Positions 1 to 12,727 of a stretch of DNA of 64,000 bases are shown piece by piece (the first letter of the stretch is position 1; each line of letters begins with the position of its first letter). The stretch spans positions 14,384,001-14,448,000 of the forward strand of contig OZ024745.1 of NCBI GenBank assembly GCA_964016885.1, in the 5' to 3' direction. Under the pieces are notes generated by a model. That model was not told the origin of the DNA and made no database searches. It was given only the letters and a program-made list of their open reading frames with translations. Position numbers and translations under genes: made by a program. This stretch comes from Eledone cirrhosa. Taxonomy: Eukaryota.

Positions 1-562
1 GGGGACAGTTTCGTTTTCATTTCCTACATAAACCGAACGCAAATGATAAACAATTACTGACTAGAAGTTAGAAATCGATCGATAGATCGAATCGATCGAC
101 AAAATCCGAAACCTCATTCACTTATTGAGTGGGGTGGAACTCGTCAAATCGAACCATGGAAACAATGTTATTATCTGAAATTGAAAGGGGCATTATTAGA
201 AACAAATTGGAGATTTCTAAAAAAATTGCCAAAATCCTCAAACAATTCAATTCAATGTAATTTAATGTTAATATAATGCTTTCTTTATTAACCACAATGT
301 TAATATAATACAATGTGGAAGTACTCCATTTAGTGTTCTCATACAAACTCATATGATTGAGTAAAACGTCACAACAAACAATTAAATTTGGATCATAATT
401 GATAATTGTTAGAATTCTAATTAATTTCAGAACCCAAGAAAAACAGGTGTGACAAACCAACATTGTAATTAGACAGAAATAAAAGACAAAAAAAAATATT
501 TTCTTGATGAATTTGTTCAGAATATGAAAGGTGCAATGTGATCATTATTATTAAAGTTGGGT

Positions 563-723
563 TATTGGTAGAGGGTCGGACGCCATGCTTTGACGTACAG
601 AGCTACGGCCCTTGCCATTCTGAGTTCAAATCCCGCCAAGGTTAACTTTGCCTTTCGGGTCGATAAAATAAAGTACCAGTAATGCACTGGGTAATTGCTG
701 GCCTTGTGCCAAATGTAGAAACA
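563..723 (+). mobile_element. tRNA-derived SINE (family A), 5'-clipped, with 19-bp target-site duplication
   Basis: B-box-like GAGTTCAAATCCC, core GTCGATAAAATAAAGTACCAGT and 3' end GGCCTTGTGCCAAATGTAGAAACA. Flanked by ATTATTATTAAAGTTGGGT at 544-562 and 724-742. Confidence 0.85.
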
Positions 724-735
724 ATTATTATTAAA

Positions 736-920
736 GTTGGGTGTGGAAGGTGGTAGAGAGTTGAACAAAATATTTTGCGGCGTTTCTTCAAGCTCTTTAC
801 TCTCTTGGTTCAAATCCTATCGGGATAAACTATACCTTTCATCCTTCCAGAGTCGATAAAATAAATAACTGTTCAAGTACTGGTGTCGATTTAATCGATT
901 TTCCCCTCTCCCAAATTATT
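736..920 (+). mobile_element. SINE family A, older diverged copy
   Basis: GGTTCAAATCC box, CCTTTCATCCTT, GTCGATAAAATAAA, TACTGGTGTCGATTTAATCG. Confidence 0.7.
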
Positions 921-1000
921 GAAATTTCGGCCGAATCAATCGACAAGATCAAAACTCATTCACTTACCAAGTGGGACGGAACTCGCCAAATCGGACCAAG

Positions 1001-1181
<181 letters not shown>

Positions 1182-1268
1182 TGTGAAAGGTAAATAGAAA
1201 TAACAACATAAACGGTACAGAATATGGAAGGGATATATTAGTTTAACGCTTGAAATAGCAGGAAGAAA

Positions 1269-1306
1269 GTATTAACGTTTCGGACGCCAGTCTTTCATCA
1301 GAATAT
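1269..1306 (-). ncRNA. minimal type I hammerhead ribozyme motif in a PLE-end fragment (1183-1305)
   Basis: Minus strand TATT-CTGATGA-AAGAC-TGGC-GTCC-GAAAC-GTT-AATA. Homologous fragment at 26892-27014. Confidence 0.6.
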
Positions 1307-1676
1307 ACACATATATAAACATAATATAGATAAACATCAAATAGCTATTATTCTGATACTATATCACATCTTTCTCCGCCTATTTTATGCAGTCATGCAC
1401 ATTCTTTGTCTTACTTTCCAAATCATCTAAACAAGAAGTAGAATCCAGTAATGAACAAACTAGCTGACGAATCATAGTTTGGACTGATCCATAGCAACAG
1501 AAAAAGGATTCCTCATTAAATCCACATTTATTTTGGGCTTTCTAGTTAGGGAAAAATTAACGCGGAGTCAAGACATTTTCACTCGTTCCAAGTTGATAAC
1601 TTTCGACAGGTGCAACTTCAAGCACGGCATTTCTACGATATTGACTAGTCTTTCCTTTCATCATATTCAAATGAGT

Positions 1677-2235
1677 AGTGTTGGAATGGCAGAATCAGTA
1701 GAGCGTCGGAAAACATGCTTTGCAGAATATAGTCACGCCCCTTCACGTTCTGAGTTCAAATGGCACCGGTGTTAGCTTTGCCTTTTATCCTTAAGGAGTC
1801 GATAAAATAAAGTACCAGTAACGTACTGGTGTCGATTAATAGACTTTCCCCTCCCTCAAAATTGTTGGCCTTGTACCTAAATCAGAAACCATTATTCTAA
1901 ATAAGTAGGGTGGTGGATTGGCAGTATCGGTAGAGCGTCGGGCAACATGCTTTGCGACATATAGTTACGTCTCTTTATGGTCTGAGTTCACATCCCACCA
2001 AGGTTAGCTTTGCCTTTCATCCTTACGGGGTCGATAAAATAAAGTACACATTGGGGTTGATTTAAACGGCCCCCACCCCAAAGCGAGACTAGCCGAGCTC
2101 ATAGATGTTATTCATATATCTTGCTCGAGGTCTACTCCTGGGTCTCCTGCTGCCAGTTGGTTTTTGCCAGTAAAATGTGTCCAGCGATTCTTTCTTAATA
2201 CATTGGCTTTTTGCCTAAATCAGAAACCATTATTT
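1677..2235 (+). mobile_element. two head-to-tail SINE family A copies (1677-1895; 1908-2235, interrupted)
   Basis: A-box TGGCAGAATCAGTAG/TGGCAGTATCGGTAG, B-box GAGTTCAAAT, 3' ends CCTAAATCAGAAACCATTATT. The flank ATT(C/T)TAAATRAGTAG recurs at the junctions. Confidence 0.8.
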
Positions 2236-3206
2236 TAAATGAGTAGATGCTTTGGAAACACTTTCAGAAAAGATAAATATTATGAAAATACTTTTCTCAT
2301 AATTGCTGATATCCTTATAATGGATGTCTTTCATCAAATATTTGATTTTGTTTTTTTCTTTGCTGGCAACATCCCACTTGATATCAAATTGACCAATGTC
2401 AACCAAAACGAAAAAGAAATAATATAAAGTGTGTCTGGAACAACCAGTAGTATATAGGCATGTCACGTTGTAACTCATAAATCTTCTACAAAATGTGCTA
2501 GCACAATATTTCAATCTTTCAAATATTTAATACAACACAGGAAATAATATTTATAAATCTTGTGATATCTACATAAGCAAAACTGCGCTCCTAAATATAG
2601 ATATTTTCAGATCTCTAATCACTTCAAGTTTTATGAATTTTAAAATAATCCGATTTAGATATTTATGAAAATATAAATTCACGTCTAAAGGGGACTTCAG
2701 GAAATGTAATAAAGAAGTTACAACATACAATGTTCGTATTTTCATAATATCTTATATATAACAAATCTAAACAAAGCAAATATAATACAACCATTTATTC
2801 TTTCAACCAATCAAAGAGTTATATGGCACAGCCTTTAGCTGCACTGATTGATATAGATAGATAAGTATTTTATTTTATCGTCAAAGATACTGCATTACGA
2901 AATTAGAGTTTATAATAATAAGGTCTCGATTCAAAAGTGTATTATTTTGGTAGTGTATAGAATTAATTAGGAAAAGAAGAGGACAAAACTGAAAAGTAAA
3001 ATATTGACAGTTGTACGCAAATACTGATGCGTAGAATGACGTCAGATAATAAATCTCTAGGAAATGTTATCTTAGCAAATATCAGCCATAAGAATACGCG
3101 ACGTGTATTGGTATATGTACAAACATACACATATATATGTATTTATATATGATACTGATAAGACTTTCTTTTTTGTATCTCTGTGTTTGGCGTGCTATTT
3201 TTTAAC

Positions 3207-3305
<99 letters not shown>

Positions 3306-3319
3306 TATATATCTATATA

Positions 3320-4665
3320 GTATATGTTGGTTGTTTACCGACACCTCAGTATGCAGATTGGAGCACTCGACGAAGGGCGCAGGTTGGTTTGGTTACTCCG
3401 GAGTAATGTAAAATAAAATAAATAAGTCAAATATTTAAAATTTGGCTTCGTTTATTACTGCTATATATATATTTCGGTGACAGAAATCTTTGGCTGTGAC
3501 CTCTTCAGGCAGTCCGAATTGGTGTGGTAGAGATGGGTACACATGTTGTTGAGGTGTTTAACTTCGTCAATACTCTGATATCCCAGGTCTGGTTGGGTTG
3601 TTATTTCTCTGAGGAACTGGAATCATATGAATTCGAACACACGTGCCAAGCAGATAAAGAAATAAGATGCAGTACAATTGGGGAAATAAAAGGCATTAAA
3701 TGAAGAAAATAAAAAATAGAAAAATGAAGAGAGAAATAAAATGAAATGAAAAGGTAAAAGACTAAAAAATAAAAATAAAATAAAGAAATAAAAAAATAAA
3801 ATAAGATAAAATTAAATAAGCAAATAAATAAACCAAAAAATTATAAAATAGTATAAGGAATAAGATAATAAAATAATAAAATGAGATAATCAAATAAAAT
3901 GCGCGTGTGTTATAACCAATCTCAAAGTTAGAAAGATTTGGAAGATATTGACAGAAGTAGAAAGGCTGTGTCAGAATCAATCTTTACACTATCATGGTGT
4001 GGTGCGTTTTAAGAGCAAATGAGACAAGGGTGGAGTGTAATACCCCATAACCCAAGTGTTAAAATCCGGAAATGCAGAGGACTACAGTTCCCATTTTGGC
4101 ATGGAGTTCATATGCGTGTATGTCAACTCACATCGTTCCAAGCACACACGCGCTGGTACAGGCTCAGGTGCATCCCCTAAGCACCCCCACACCCATACAC
4201 ACACACACACATTATAAACCCCCACACACACACATACACACACGCACACACTCACATACACCCACATGTCCACCCACACCCACCCACCCGCATACATACA
4301 TGTAAGTATCTGTGCATGTACAATGTTAAATAACAGTATCTATGTATGGACATATGCATAAGTATGCGTTGTCACAGGAGTCTATCGAGGCAGTGGTATG
4401 GTGGGGCTGCTGTCCTTATAGCTAGAGGGAAGTTCCCATCCCAATGTTTTGTTATTGTCCATATAGCTTGAGGAAGGTCCTGGCCCTGAGGTGTCTGCAC
4501 GTCCCGAAGGGGTCCCTATAGCTTGGGGGGCGTTCCCAACCTAATGTGTTGTTACTGTCACCTAGCTTGAGGGAGGTCCCGGCCCTGAGGTGTCTACATG
4601 TTCTGGAGAAGTCCCTATAGCTTGAGGGAAGTTCACATCCCAGTGTGTTGTTACTGTCCATATTA
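3320..4665 (-). mobile_element. Penelope-like element 3' portion (ORF-end repeats, 3'UTR, HHR, tail), same family as 25285-26880
   Basis: 4410-4660 encodes repeated RTCRHLRAGT..LKL, the C-terminus of the GIY-YIG ORF at 26409-26840. 3415-3640 matches 25288-25515. Ends at a (TA)n tract. Confidence 0.75.
3457..3513 (-). ncRNA. type I hammerhead ribozyme
   Basis: ACTGC-CTGAAGA-GGTcACAG..CTGTcACC-GAAA-TATATATATA-GCAGT. Stem I ACUGC/GCAGU, palindromic stem III, AUA site, followed by AATAAA. Confidence 0.8.
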
Positions 4666-5039
4666 CTACAATAAGAACTATCATTTCCAATTACAAGGTC
4701 CTCGATTCTAAACTTACATTTTGCCATGTAAATAGCTAACTCTCCAAAGTTACTTAATCATAAAATTTTAAATAAATACTGAACATTTATATAATTAAGT
4801 TTTAGAAATAAATGATTAATGAGCCATTTATACTTTTAATTACTTCCACATATCACTAATCAACAGAATTTATAGGATTTAACCTTTGCAAAGCATTAAT
4901 TTATCAAAAAGCAAATTTTTCAGTTTCTATGATTGTTCATATATCTAATCTTAAACGCTATGCCATATTATTGGCGGCGTTGGTCAACTAGTAAAGACAT
5001 AAAAGGTAGGATAATGGGAAACAGATTATTGTTCAAAGT

Positions 5040-5200
5040 ATTTCAGTTTAATTAGAAATAATAAAATCGGGCTTCACTAACCAGAAACCATCTAATAACT
5101 GATTTTATTTACTTCAGGCCTCCTAACAAAAAACATACTCCTCAGCTCGCCAACTATGTGTGGAAACTAAAAGATAACGGCACAGTCTGAATGAATTGGA
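5040..5200 (+). pseudogene. decayed Naiad-type GIY-YIG endonuclease remnant
   Basis: Translates to FRPPNKKHTPQLANYVWKLKDNG, which resembles SFRYPLRRNMTSLSAYIWSLKDN in the ORF at 48831-49448. Confidence 0.5.
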
Positions 5201-5308
5201 GTGAAAACTCTAACGAAACGTAAGTACCTGTACATGACATTGTTGTAACTAACTAACTATATATATATATAGAGAGAGAGGGAAAAAGAGAGAGAGAAAA
5301 GGAGATAA

Positions 5309-5345
<37 letters not shown>

Positions 5346-5484
5346 GAGAGAGTGAGATCAGGATTTTGCCAGTTTTAAACTAGTAAGACTATTATTCAGC
5401 AGAGTACTTTGGAATTAACTGTCGAAATGGCAAGGGCTTAGCCTTCAGGCCCCGACCCTTCCTAATCTATACATCTGTCTGTCC

Positions 5485-5562
<78 letters not shown>

Positions 5563-7211
5563 GTCATATATGAATGTTTTAGTACTCGTGAAAGAGATAG
5601 ACCAATTATAAATTAATACTCAATATATATTTCTTACAATTCGAATGGCTTGTATAGAATATAACACCGGTAATACAATGGAGTCGATTTAATCGATTTT
5701 CCCTCCCGCTAAAATTGTAGCCTTGTACATAAATCAGAAACAATTGTTACATATATATATATAACAGACCTGTGTCACTTTCAATATAACTAGTTGACTT
5801 AATTTGTCAAACTGACATACTAGTTTCTTAAAAATATATTTAAGATATCTTATAATAAATAGAGCAATAAAGAGTTGGGAAGATACAGCTTGTAGTTTGT
5901 TTAACTTACTTTTAATTAATAATTTAGTATATTTACGTTACTTAATATGTTCTTTATTCTCTACGTTTCACTAAAAATGGAAACCTAATACAATTTTAAT
6001 GAATAGTACTTGCTTAAATAGAACGGACCTGTCGAAAATGGAGTTAGAAACTGCATCGTTGATACAGCTCACCAGAAAGTTGCCGTTTACTGCTCGACAT
6101 TCGCGCCACAATAGCCTATATAACGAAACATACTAAAACATTTAATGAGTTTGTTAGTTCTTGGCAAGAGAAAAAAGTCTTCGTTTGAGCATTAATATTC
6201 TTGCTTCTTGAACCATACTTAAAAGAAAATATTCGTTAGATCATAAAACGAGTTTTAAATTAGCCTCAAAGAAGTGTTCTTAGAGAAACATTAAGGAATC
6301 AGATAGAATTTAGGGATGGTTTTCTTTTTATGTTATACTATTGTCTAATGTCGTCAACGGAGCAATCTATGGCTGAAAACCATATTATCAGGAAACTAAA
6401 TCTTGTATTAATAGGGTATAAAAGAGAACAAAAACTGGTAATTGTGAAGAGAGAGTAAAGTTATATAGAATATCAATATTAGAGCATGCTATTTCTCTTT
6501 ATATAAATTTGACCTTTGGTGTAGGGAAATTACATGGACAGAGCACACAGTGGTTGGCTTGTCTAATCTTTTCGGTTCATTTTATTTCGAAGCAAACATT
6601 TCTACTTAAAATGTATATAGTATTAAAACAATTTTATTAAAATAAAAAAATAAAAAAGCGTTTTGATTTAAAACTGTTAGGAAATTGCTTCAGCAACTTT
6701 AGAAATCTGGGTTGTAATACATAGTTTCAAGCAACAATTTTTAATTATCATGTTACGCAAAACCTCTATTGACTCTATAAGCGATTATTAAAAGTTTTTT
6801 CCTCCGAATTCCATTTCCATTGAGAGGAAATTGATTTTTTTAAAGAGAAATAATGAAACCCTCACATCGTTATGTGCAGCAATAAATGTGTCAGTGATTG
6901 ATATTATCTAAGTAGAGTAGAAACTGAGACCACAGACTACCGCACTAGATCGCTTACAATATGTAGTTTCATATTAATGGCTTCCAAGTTCAAAACTAAT
7001 GGGTATTGCTAGGGTCGACCAAAGTTTCTATCAAGCTTCTAATGGTGTTGATTCACTGATTTTATTTACGCTATATATGGCTCAGGCATGCTCAAGGGAT
7101 TCGGAATTTCGTTTCGTAATCATGACTTCCGAGGTTCCGCCCGATTGCGTGGAGTTCTGAGTGTCTTTTGTGATAACATCGGTCCAACCAAAGATTTGTG
7201 AATAAAATTGG

Positions 7212-7292
<81 letters not shown>

Positions 7293-7311
7293 GTCTATCT
7301 ATCAATATATA

Positions 7312-7363
<52 letters not shown>

Positions 7364-7914
7364 CGAGCGAGAGAGAGTGAGAGAGAGAGAGAGAGAAAGG
7401 GAGATAGAGTGAGAGAGAATGAGATAGATTAGGAGAGAGAGAAAGCGACAGAGAGACGTCAGTGTTTATCATGACTGTCTAACAATAACTTGGTATTTAA
7501 GGTTATGTGAAAAAATACGCAGTTACAAGTTAAGCTGCATAGCCAGGAAATTCTCATTTGAAATTTGACGTCAAGATAACTGAATTTACAGAACTTAGGA
7601 AGAACAAGAGACTACCGATGAGTATAAGTAACCACACTTTTAGGGAGCGGCCATTCCACCTTTATATTCCCTGCCACCACTGTATGGGAAAGAACACATA
7701 TTCATACACTTTAATTATTATATCTATTGATAGAAGATTTATTCGAGAGAGATGTCCATCAAGGTTTAAATAAACAGTTCAGTTAGACGTTCTAGTAGTA
7801 TTAATTTATACGTCAAGAACATGAAAAAAGACTGGAAGGTACAACGGCCGAAACGTGATGAATATAACATCCAATATAAGAACAGTAGTTTGACTAAATC
7901 AGTTCATAATTATT

Positions 7915-8140
7915 CTTTGTAACTTAGGCAAAATCAGCAATTCGGGAGGGAAGAGGGAAGAGGGAAGTCGATTATGTTGACTCCAGTACTTAACTGTTAC
8001 TTATTTTACCGAGCACAGATGGATGAAAAACAAACTTGACCTCGGTCGGATTTGAATTCAGAACGTAAAATGTCGGAACAAATACTGTCGCAAGGTATTT
8101 TAAACGACGCTCAACCAATTTTACCAATCCGCAGCCCTAA
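7915..8140 (-). mobile_element. SINE family A, diverged
   Basis: Reverse complement of the core (ACTTATTTTACCGA) and of the B-box (GGATTTGAATTC). Confidence 0.65.
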
Positions 8141-8577
8141 GTCAGTTCATAGTAAAGAAGAATTGTTGCTACTCTCGAGTACAGATTTGCTGCAATGCCA
8201 GCTGAACCAGTTGACAATACAGTGCTGAGAGAAAATACTGACCAATATTTGTCGGTTGTTCTGGTATTCTATCGACAAAATAATCAATACTTTGTCTACC
8301 ATTCTTTGACTCTAATTGATTCACATCTAGTCTTACCACATTTCCTCACTTCATTGTCGTTATAGTATAGCAATGATATTAACACTGAAGGAAATTTTCA
8401 TCGACTTTTATAACAAAACAAACAAAAAACTTCGATGTAAATGTAATGATTCACAGCACAGTTGAATATACGTTGAATAACAGAGAATAACTGGCTTTAA
8501 TTTCTAGAGGAAACAACAGGAAATTATTTGAAATTATTTCAAAACACAAACTTTATTACCAAAATGGAATAGAATGG

Positions 8578-8870
8578 ACATCTGTCGGTTTCGACAATGA
8601 ATGTTCCAGTTGTTCGATCAGCGAAAGAGCCTGCTAGTGAAATTAACGTACAAATGGCTTACCATCCATAGGCACGTGTACTCTTAACGTAAATCTCAGC
8701 AACATCCAGCGTGAATGTGTGACAAGGCTAGCCTTTTGAATTATATTTACAGTTCACCCAATAGATTTCCAAACAGTTTCCGTTTCCCTAACTTCACTCA
8801 CAGTAGTTGGTTTAACCCAAAACTATAATAAATACCACTTGCCCAAGGTACTAGGTATTGGGATCGAGCA
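8578..8870 (-). mobile_element. second tRNA-derived SINE (family B), diverged
   Basis: Shares blocks with 21255-21545 (TGTTCCAGTTGTTC, GTGAAATTAAC, GTGACAAGG, TTCACT.ACA, GCCCAAG..GGGAT.GA = reverse-strand B-box region). Confidence 0.6.
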
Positions 8871-10894
8871 TGAGATATCTATTTATTTAGTTACTCAATT
8901 TAAACGTCTGTATAGAGCTAGTAAGCTAGGACAGACTAGTGGAAGTACCTAGTACTTCTTAAAGTCGAGAAACCAATAACAAGATAGACAGAGATAAGAG
9001 AATAGGAAAAAAAAAGAAAATGGGGAAAGCCAACGGGTGGCAAAATAAGCATTAAAAAGATAAAGAAAAATGGAAAATAAAGGAAACTGTAGATCAGCAA
9101 TCTCTTCGTAACCTCCATGTGCACAAAGATATAGTTTATAGTAGCTAGATCTTTTACAATATATTGTATCTGCGAACTGAACTTCTTTGCCATACTGCGC
9201 CCACATTACCAAAATACCATGATAATAAATGGCAGAAAATATGACACACTATGATTTTTTAATACATTTATAATATGACTCCCAGGAGCAATGTTAACAT
9301 AGTTTACAGAGGTTAAAGGTTTTGAATAGTTTCTTTTCAAACTTTAGTATTTTCCCGACAGAATAAATGTTTTCCAGTTCCATCTGGGCAGATGCGTCTT
9401 GTGAAACATTTTCCAGTGCCAACTTTGTGGATTCGTCCTTAAACATAGGTGCTGCCACCCTCAAAGGAGATGAGTGGAAGATGATAAAAACAAAAACAGA
9501 TATTAACTAACAGATATCATTTTTTGCCAGTCACCGTTGCGACCTTCTGTGTCTCTAGTCCCCAGACTGCTGTTTTTGTTTTCCATCGAATAAGGATGAG
9601 AGCCTTACGTTTGAGAAATAATCTCTGTGAAGTGAAATAACTGATGTACTTCATATCGTTAACTGTTCTTCATGACAAAAACATTTCCCTCTTGCCAACG
9701 ACACACAGCTGAGATATGTTATCATTCAAGGATGTAGTGTGAGCCTCAGTTTGTCCGCTTTTTTTCTTTTTCTTACTTTTAATTACGTTTCATGAATTCT
9801 AAATAAACATTATTCTTTGTCATTAAAAAAGCTTTCCTTCTCTGCTTTTTGGGTTAAAATCCCCGCCAAAATGACATTTGTTTCCCCCCCCCCCTCTTCG
9901 AAGCAAGTATTTCTGTTATATTAAGATGAATTGGTCTTGTCACAGATTTGATGATAAAAATATAGGAAATGTTACTAAGAATATAAAAGAAATAGAATTT
10001 TAATGAGGAAAACTTATTTATAGTAGTTCTTACACAGTGGAAACTAATGTAGGAGAGAAATATAAACTACCAAGAATGGAAAATATATACCATTGTGATT
10101 AGGCTTTTTTATTTAGAACTAATGTGAAATAGAAACTGAGGAAGTCGAAACCCCTTTAAAAGATTTGGCATTAATGTTATGGTTTCAAAGTAATTTCCTG
10201 GCACTAAAGATATCAGTAATCAACATGCCACTAAAGATGGCAATGCACTAACATAAAAGAAATATATACATTCAGATATAAACACACGCACATATATATA
10301 TAAATAAATCACCCCTAAATTGTTTGATCCTGTAGATTGAAGAAAGAGAATTACATAACGTTAAATAGATTTCTTTGGCCCTTAAGTCCTGGTGGAGTCG
10401 TAGGGTATCTGTCCTGGATATTTTTAAAACCTGGGATGTTCCGCTCCAGGTTGGAACAGCTGATTTCTTTCGGAGAGAAAGAAAGATAGAAAGAGAAAGG
10501 AAAATTGATCGCAGTACAGAAATGTTACTTTATTGATCGACCTCGATAGTATGAAACGTAAATGCGATATCGGTTGGATTTGGACACAGTGCGCCGGAAT
10601 AAATACCGAGGCATTTAATCCGGCGCCCTGACGTGTGTCAAATAGTATCAGACCTACTTAACTTATATAAATAAGTTTGATCCCAGCACAAAATCTAACC
10701 AGATTAAACGACCAAACTAAATCTTCGAAGTCACTAACACCTTTCTTGTCAGAAAATATATAAAATTGACACTCTATCTACATATATTGAGTGGTCATTC
10801 AGTTAATATTTGAATGTTTTAAGTACTATGGCTATTTAAGCAACTATTTATATATAAATACATACAAGCACACACACACACATTTATATATAAA

Positions 10895-11091
10895 TATAAC
10901 AAAGAGGGTTTGGTAAGATACCAGGTGGACCATGACACACGACACTACTCAATACTTAGAGTAGTAGAGTGGTTAATAGGAAAAGGGTCAGGACCCCGAC
11001 GGCTGAGCTCCGGCCGTTTCGACTGCTAGGTCCGGATCTAGCTGTCGAAACGGCAAGAGCTCAGCCGTCGGGGTCCTGACTCTTTTCCTAT
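10895..11091 (-). mobile_element. short non-coding PLE-like unit: about 115-bp hairpin (10976-11091) made of two HHR 3' halves, plus tail
   Basis: GTC-GAAACGGC-aagagctca-GCCGTC-GGGGTCCTGAC on + and its inverse on -. Bounded by (TA)n. Confidence 0.65.
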
Positions 11092-11298
11092 ATATATATA
11101 TATATATATATAATCTCCCGTTAGGTTGAGATAAAATTTGGCTGTATTGGGCTGCGCTTTCTAGCAATAAACCTACCAGCCGTAAGCAACTAATCACATC
11201 CTTTCTAACTTGACTGCTGTTACGTCACGATTCTTAGCCAATTTTGAATGTATTGTTGGCGCGATCACTTTGGAAAATTAATTGTCTAAATTTGAGCT

Positions 11299-11376
11299 AA
11301 CTCCTGATGAATCCGAAGCTCTAGATGTCCCCTGTTATCAGATGTCTTAAAATACGGACGAAACCATGGTAGAGGT
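11299..11376 (+). ncRNA. type I hammerhead ribozyme motif with long stem II
   Basis: CTC-CTGATGA-ATCCG...CGGAC-GAAA-CCATGGTA-GAG. Palindromic stem III ACCAUGGU, GUA site, A.C mismatch at the base of stem II. Confidence 0.6.
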
Positions 11377-11652
11377 AATTAAATATGTACACATTTCTTC
11401 CAAGTTTATTTTACACCTAATTATGTTTAGTTGACTGTATATCTGGTCGATTTATACATGCTGTCGAAATGTTCGATAAATTCTCCGTCGTAACCGCCGC
11501 GAAGGGGCTGCTTTCGGTTATTTGTCGGAGATTTCTTCATAGGAGCCTTTATTCTTATAGCTTGGTCTAATTGATTTTTTATATGGTTAATTATGCTAAT
11601 TGGGAGAGGAAACGGTATATATTTTATCTAGTGATTCTAGAGACGTGTTTTA

Positions 11653-11763
<111 letters not shown>

Positions 11764-11878
11764 TATAATATATATATGTATATGTACTTCGGGACTGGGC
11801 ATATCAAAAGGTGGAAATAACAGAAGTAAACTTTATTCCATCATTTTTTAAACTGTTTTTGTTTCTGTTCAAGTTCTA

Positions 11879-11937
11879 GCTGTCTGATGAGGTCATAGCT
11901 GTTGAATAATGGTTAACACCGAAATATATATAACAGC
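11879..11937 (+). ncRNA. type I hammerhead ribozyme in a (TA)n-bounded PLE-end unit (11785-12080)
   Basis: GCTGT-CTGATGA-GGTcaTAGCTGTT-gaat-AATGGTTAacACC-GAAA-TATATATA-ACAGC, then AATAAA. Tail 11995-12078 is similar to the reverse complement of 3320-3405. Confidence 0.85.
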
Positions 11938-12078
11938 GACTATGAATAAACGAGATTAATTAAAGCCTATTGACGTACACTTTTTTAAAATTATTCCAGC
12001 GTAAACAGAACCACCTGCGCATTTCGTTGAGTGCTTTATCCTGCATACTGAAGTGTTGGTAACTAACCAACACATACT

Positions 12079-12159
<81 letters not shown>

Positions 12160-12167
12160 TTACATAT

Positions 12168-12375
12168 AGATCCTGAGTGAATTGGGGGCAACCACAGTAT
12201 ATAAGGTACTCCACATATAAGTAGAGTGAGAACAACGATATTTTATATAGAAATGGCTTCTACTAAACGAGAACAGTTTCATACAAATGAAATCATAAGG
12301 GCATTCGTAATGGTTTCATATGAATATAAAATAGTTTTAGTCCGGTAGAAGCCATTTCTATATAAAATTTCGTTC
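12168..12375 (-). mobile_element. decayed palindromic PLE-like unit, family of 49591-49795
   Basis: Arms TTTTATATAGAAATGGCTTCTAC...GTAGAAGCCATTTCTATATAAAA. Tail CAACCACAGTA..AAGGTACTC matches 49615-49640. Confidence 0.6.
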
Positions 12376-12519
12376 GAAATCCTCTTTCTTTTCTATTATA
12401 ATTTGAGCCAACTTATGCAGCTTCATATGCAAATGAGATTAATCACTTCATTTACACAGACAAGAAAACTATATATTCTCGACTGTTTTCAAGTCCCGCA
12501 GTAGCAAGCAGTGGGAGGG

Positions 12520-12563
12520 ACCGTCCTGACGAAGGCCACTCAAGCCTAAAATGCATAGACGGT
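12520..12563 (+). ncRNA. hammerhead-like motif with mutated core (GAAA>TAAA)
   Basis: ACCGTC-CTGACGA-AGGC-cactcaa-GCC-TAAA-ATGCATA-GACGGT, with a 6-bp stem I. Confidence 0.55.
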
Positions 12564-12727
12564 TGTCCCCCTTGCTTCTGCTGGACACCACCAGAAGGCG
12601 TTAGCCCCGGTGTATGCATAGCTATGGCTCCCTTAATCCGTATTTCTTTAGAAATACGAAATTTCTATACATATTGTATAAAGCTATGCTTGAAGCGATA
12701 CGTTTTATTATATATATATATATATAT

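Noticed and set aside
4405-4665. CRISPR-like repeat-spacer pattern
   Set aside because: The intervening sequences are themselves repeats of a PLE ORF end, the context is eukaryotic and there are no cas genes.
7820-7870. GGCCGAAACGTGATG, a possible hammerhead
   Set aside because: The 5' core is degraded (CATGAAAAAAG) and the stems cannot be paired. At most a remnant.
9240-9630. Possible minus-strand host exons (for example MFKDESTKLALENVSQDASAQMELENIY)
   Set aside because: Short frames, no recognisable domain and ambiguous splice sites. Would need RNA-seq or BLASTX.
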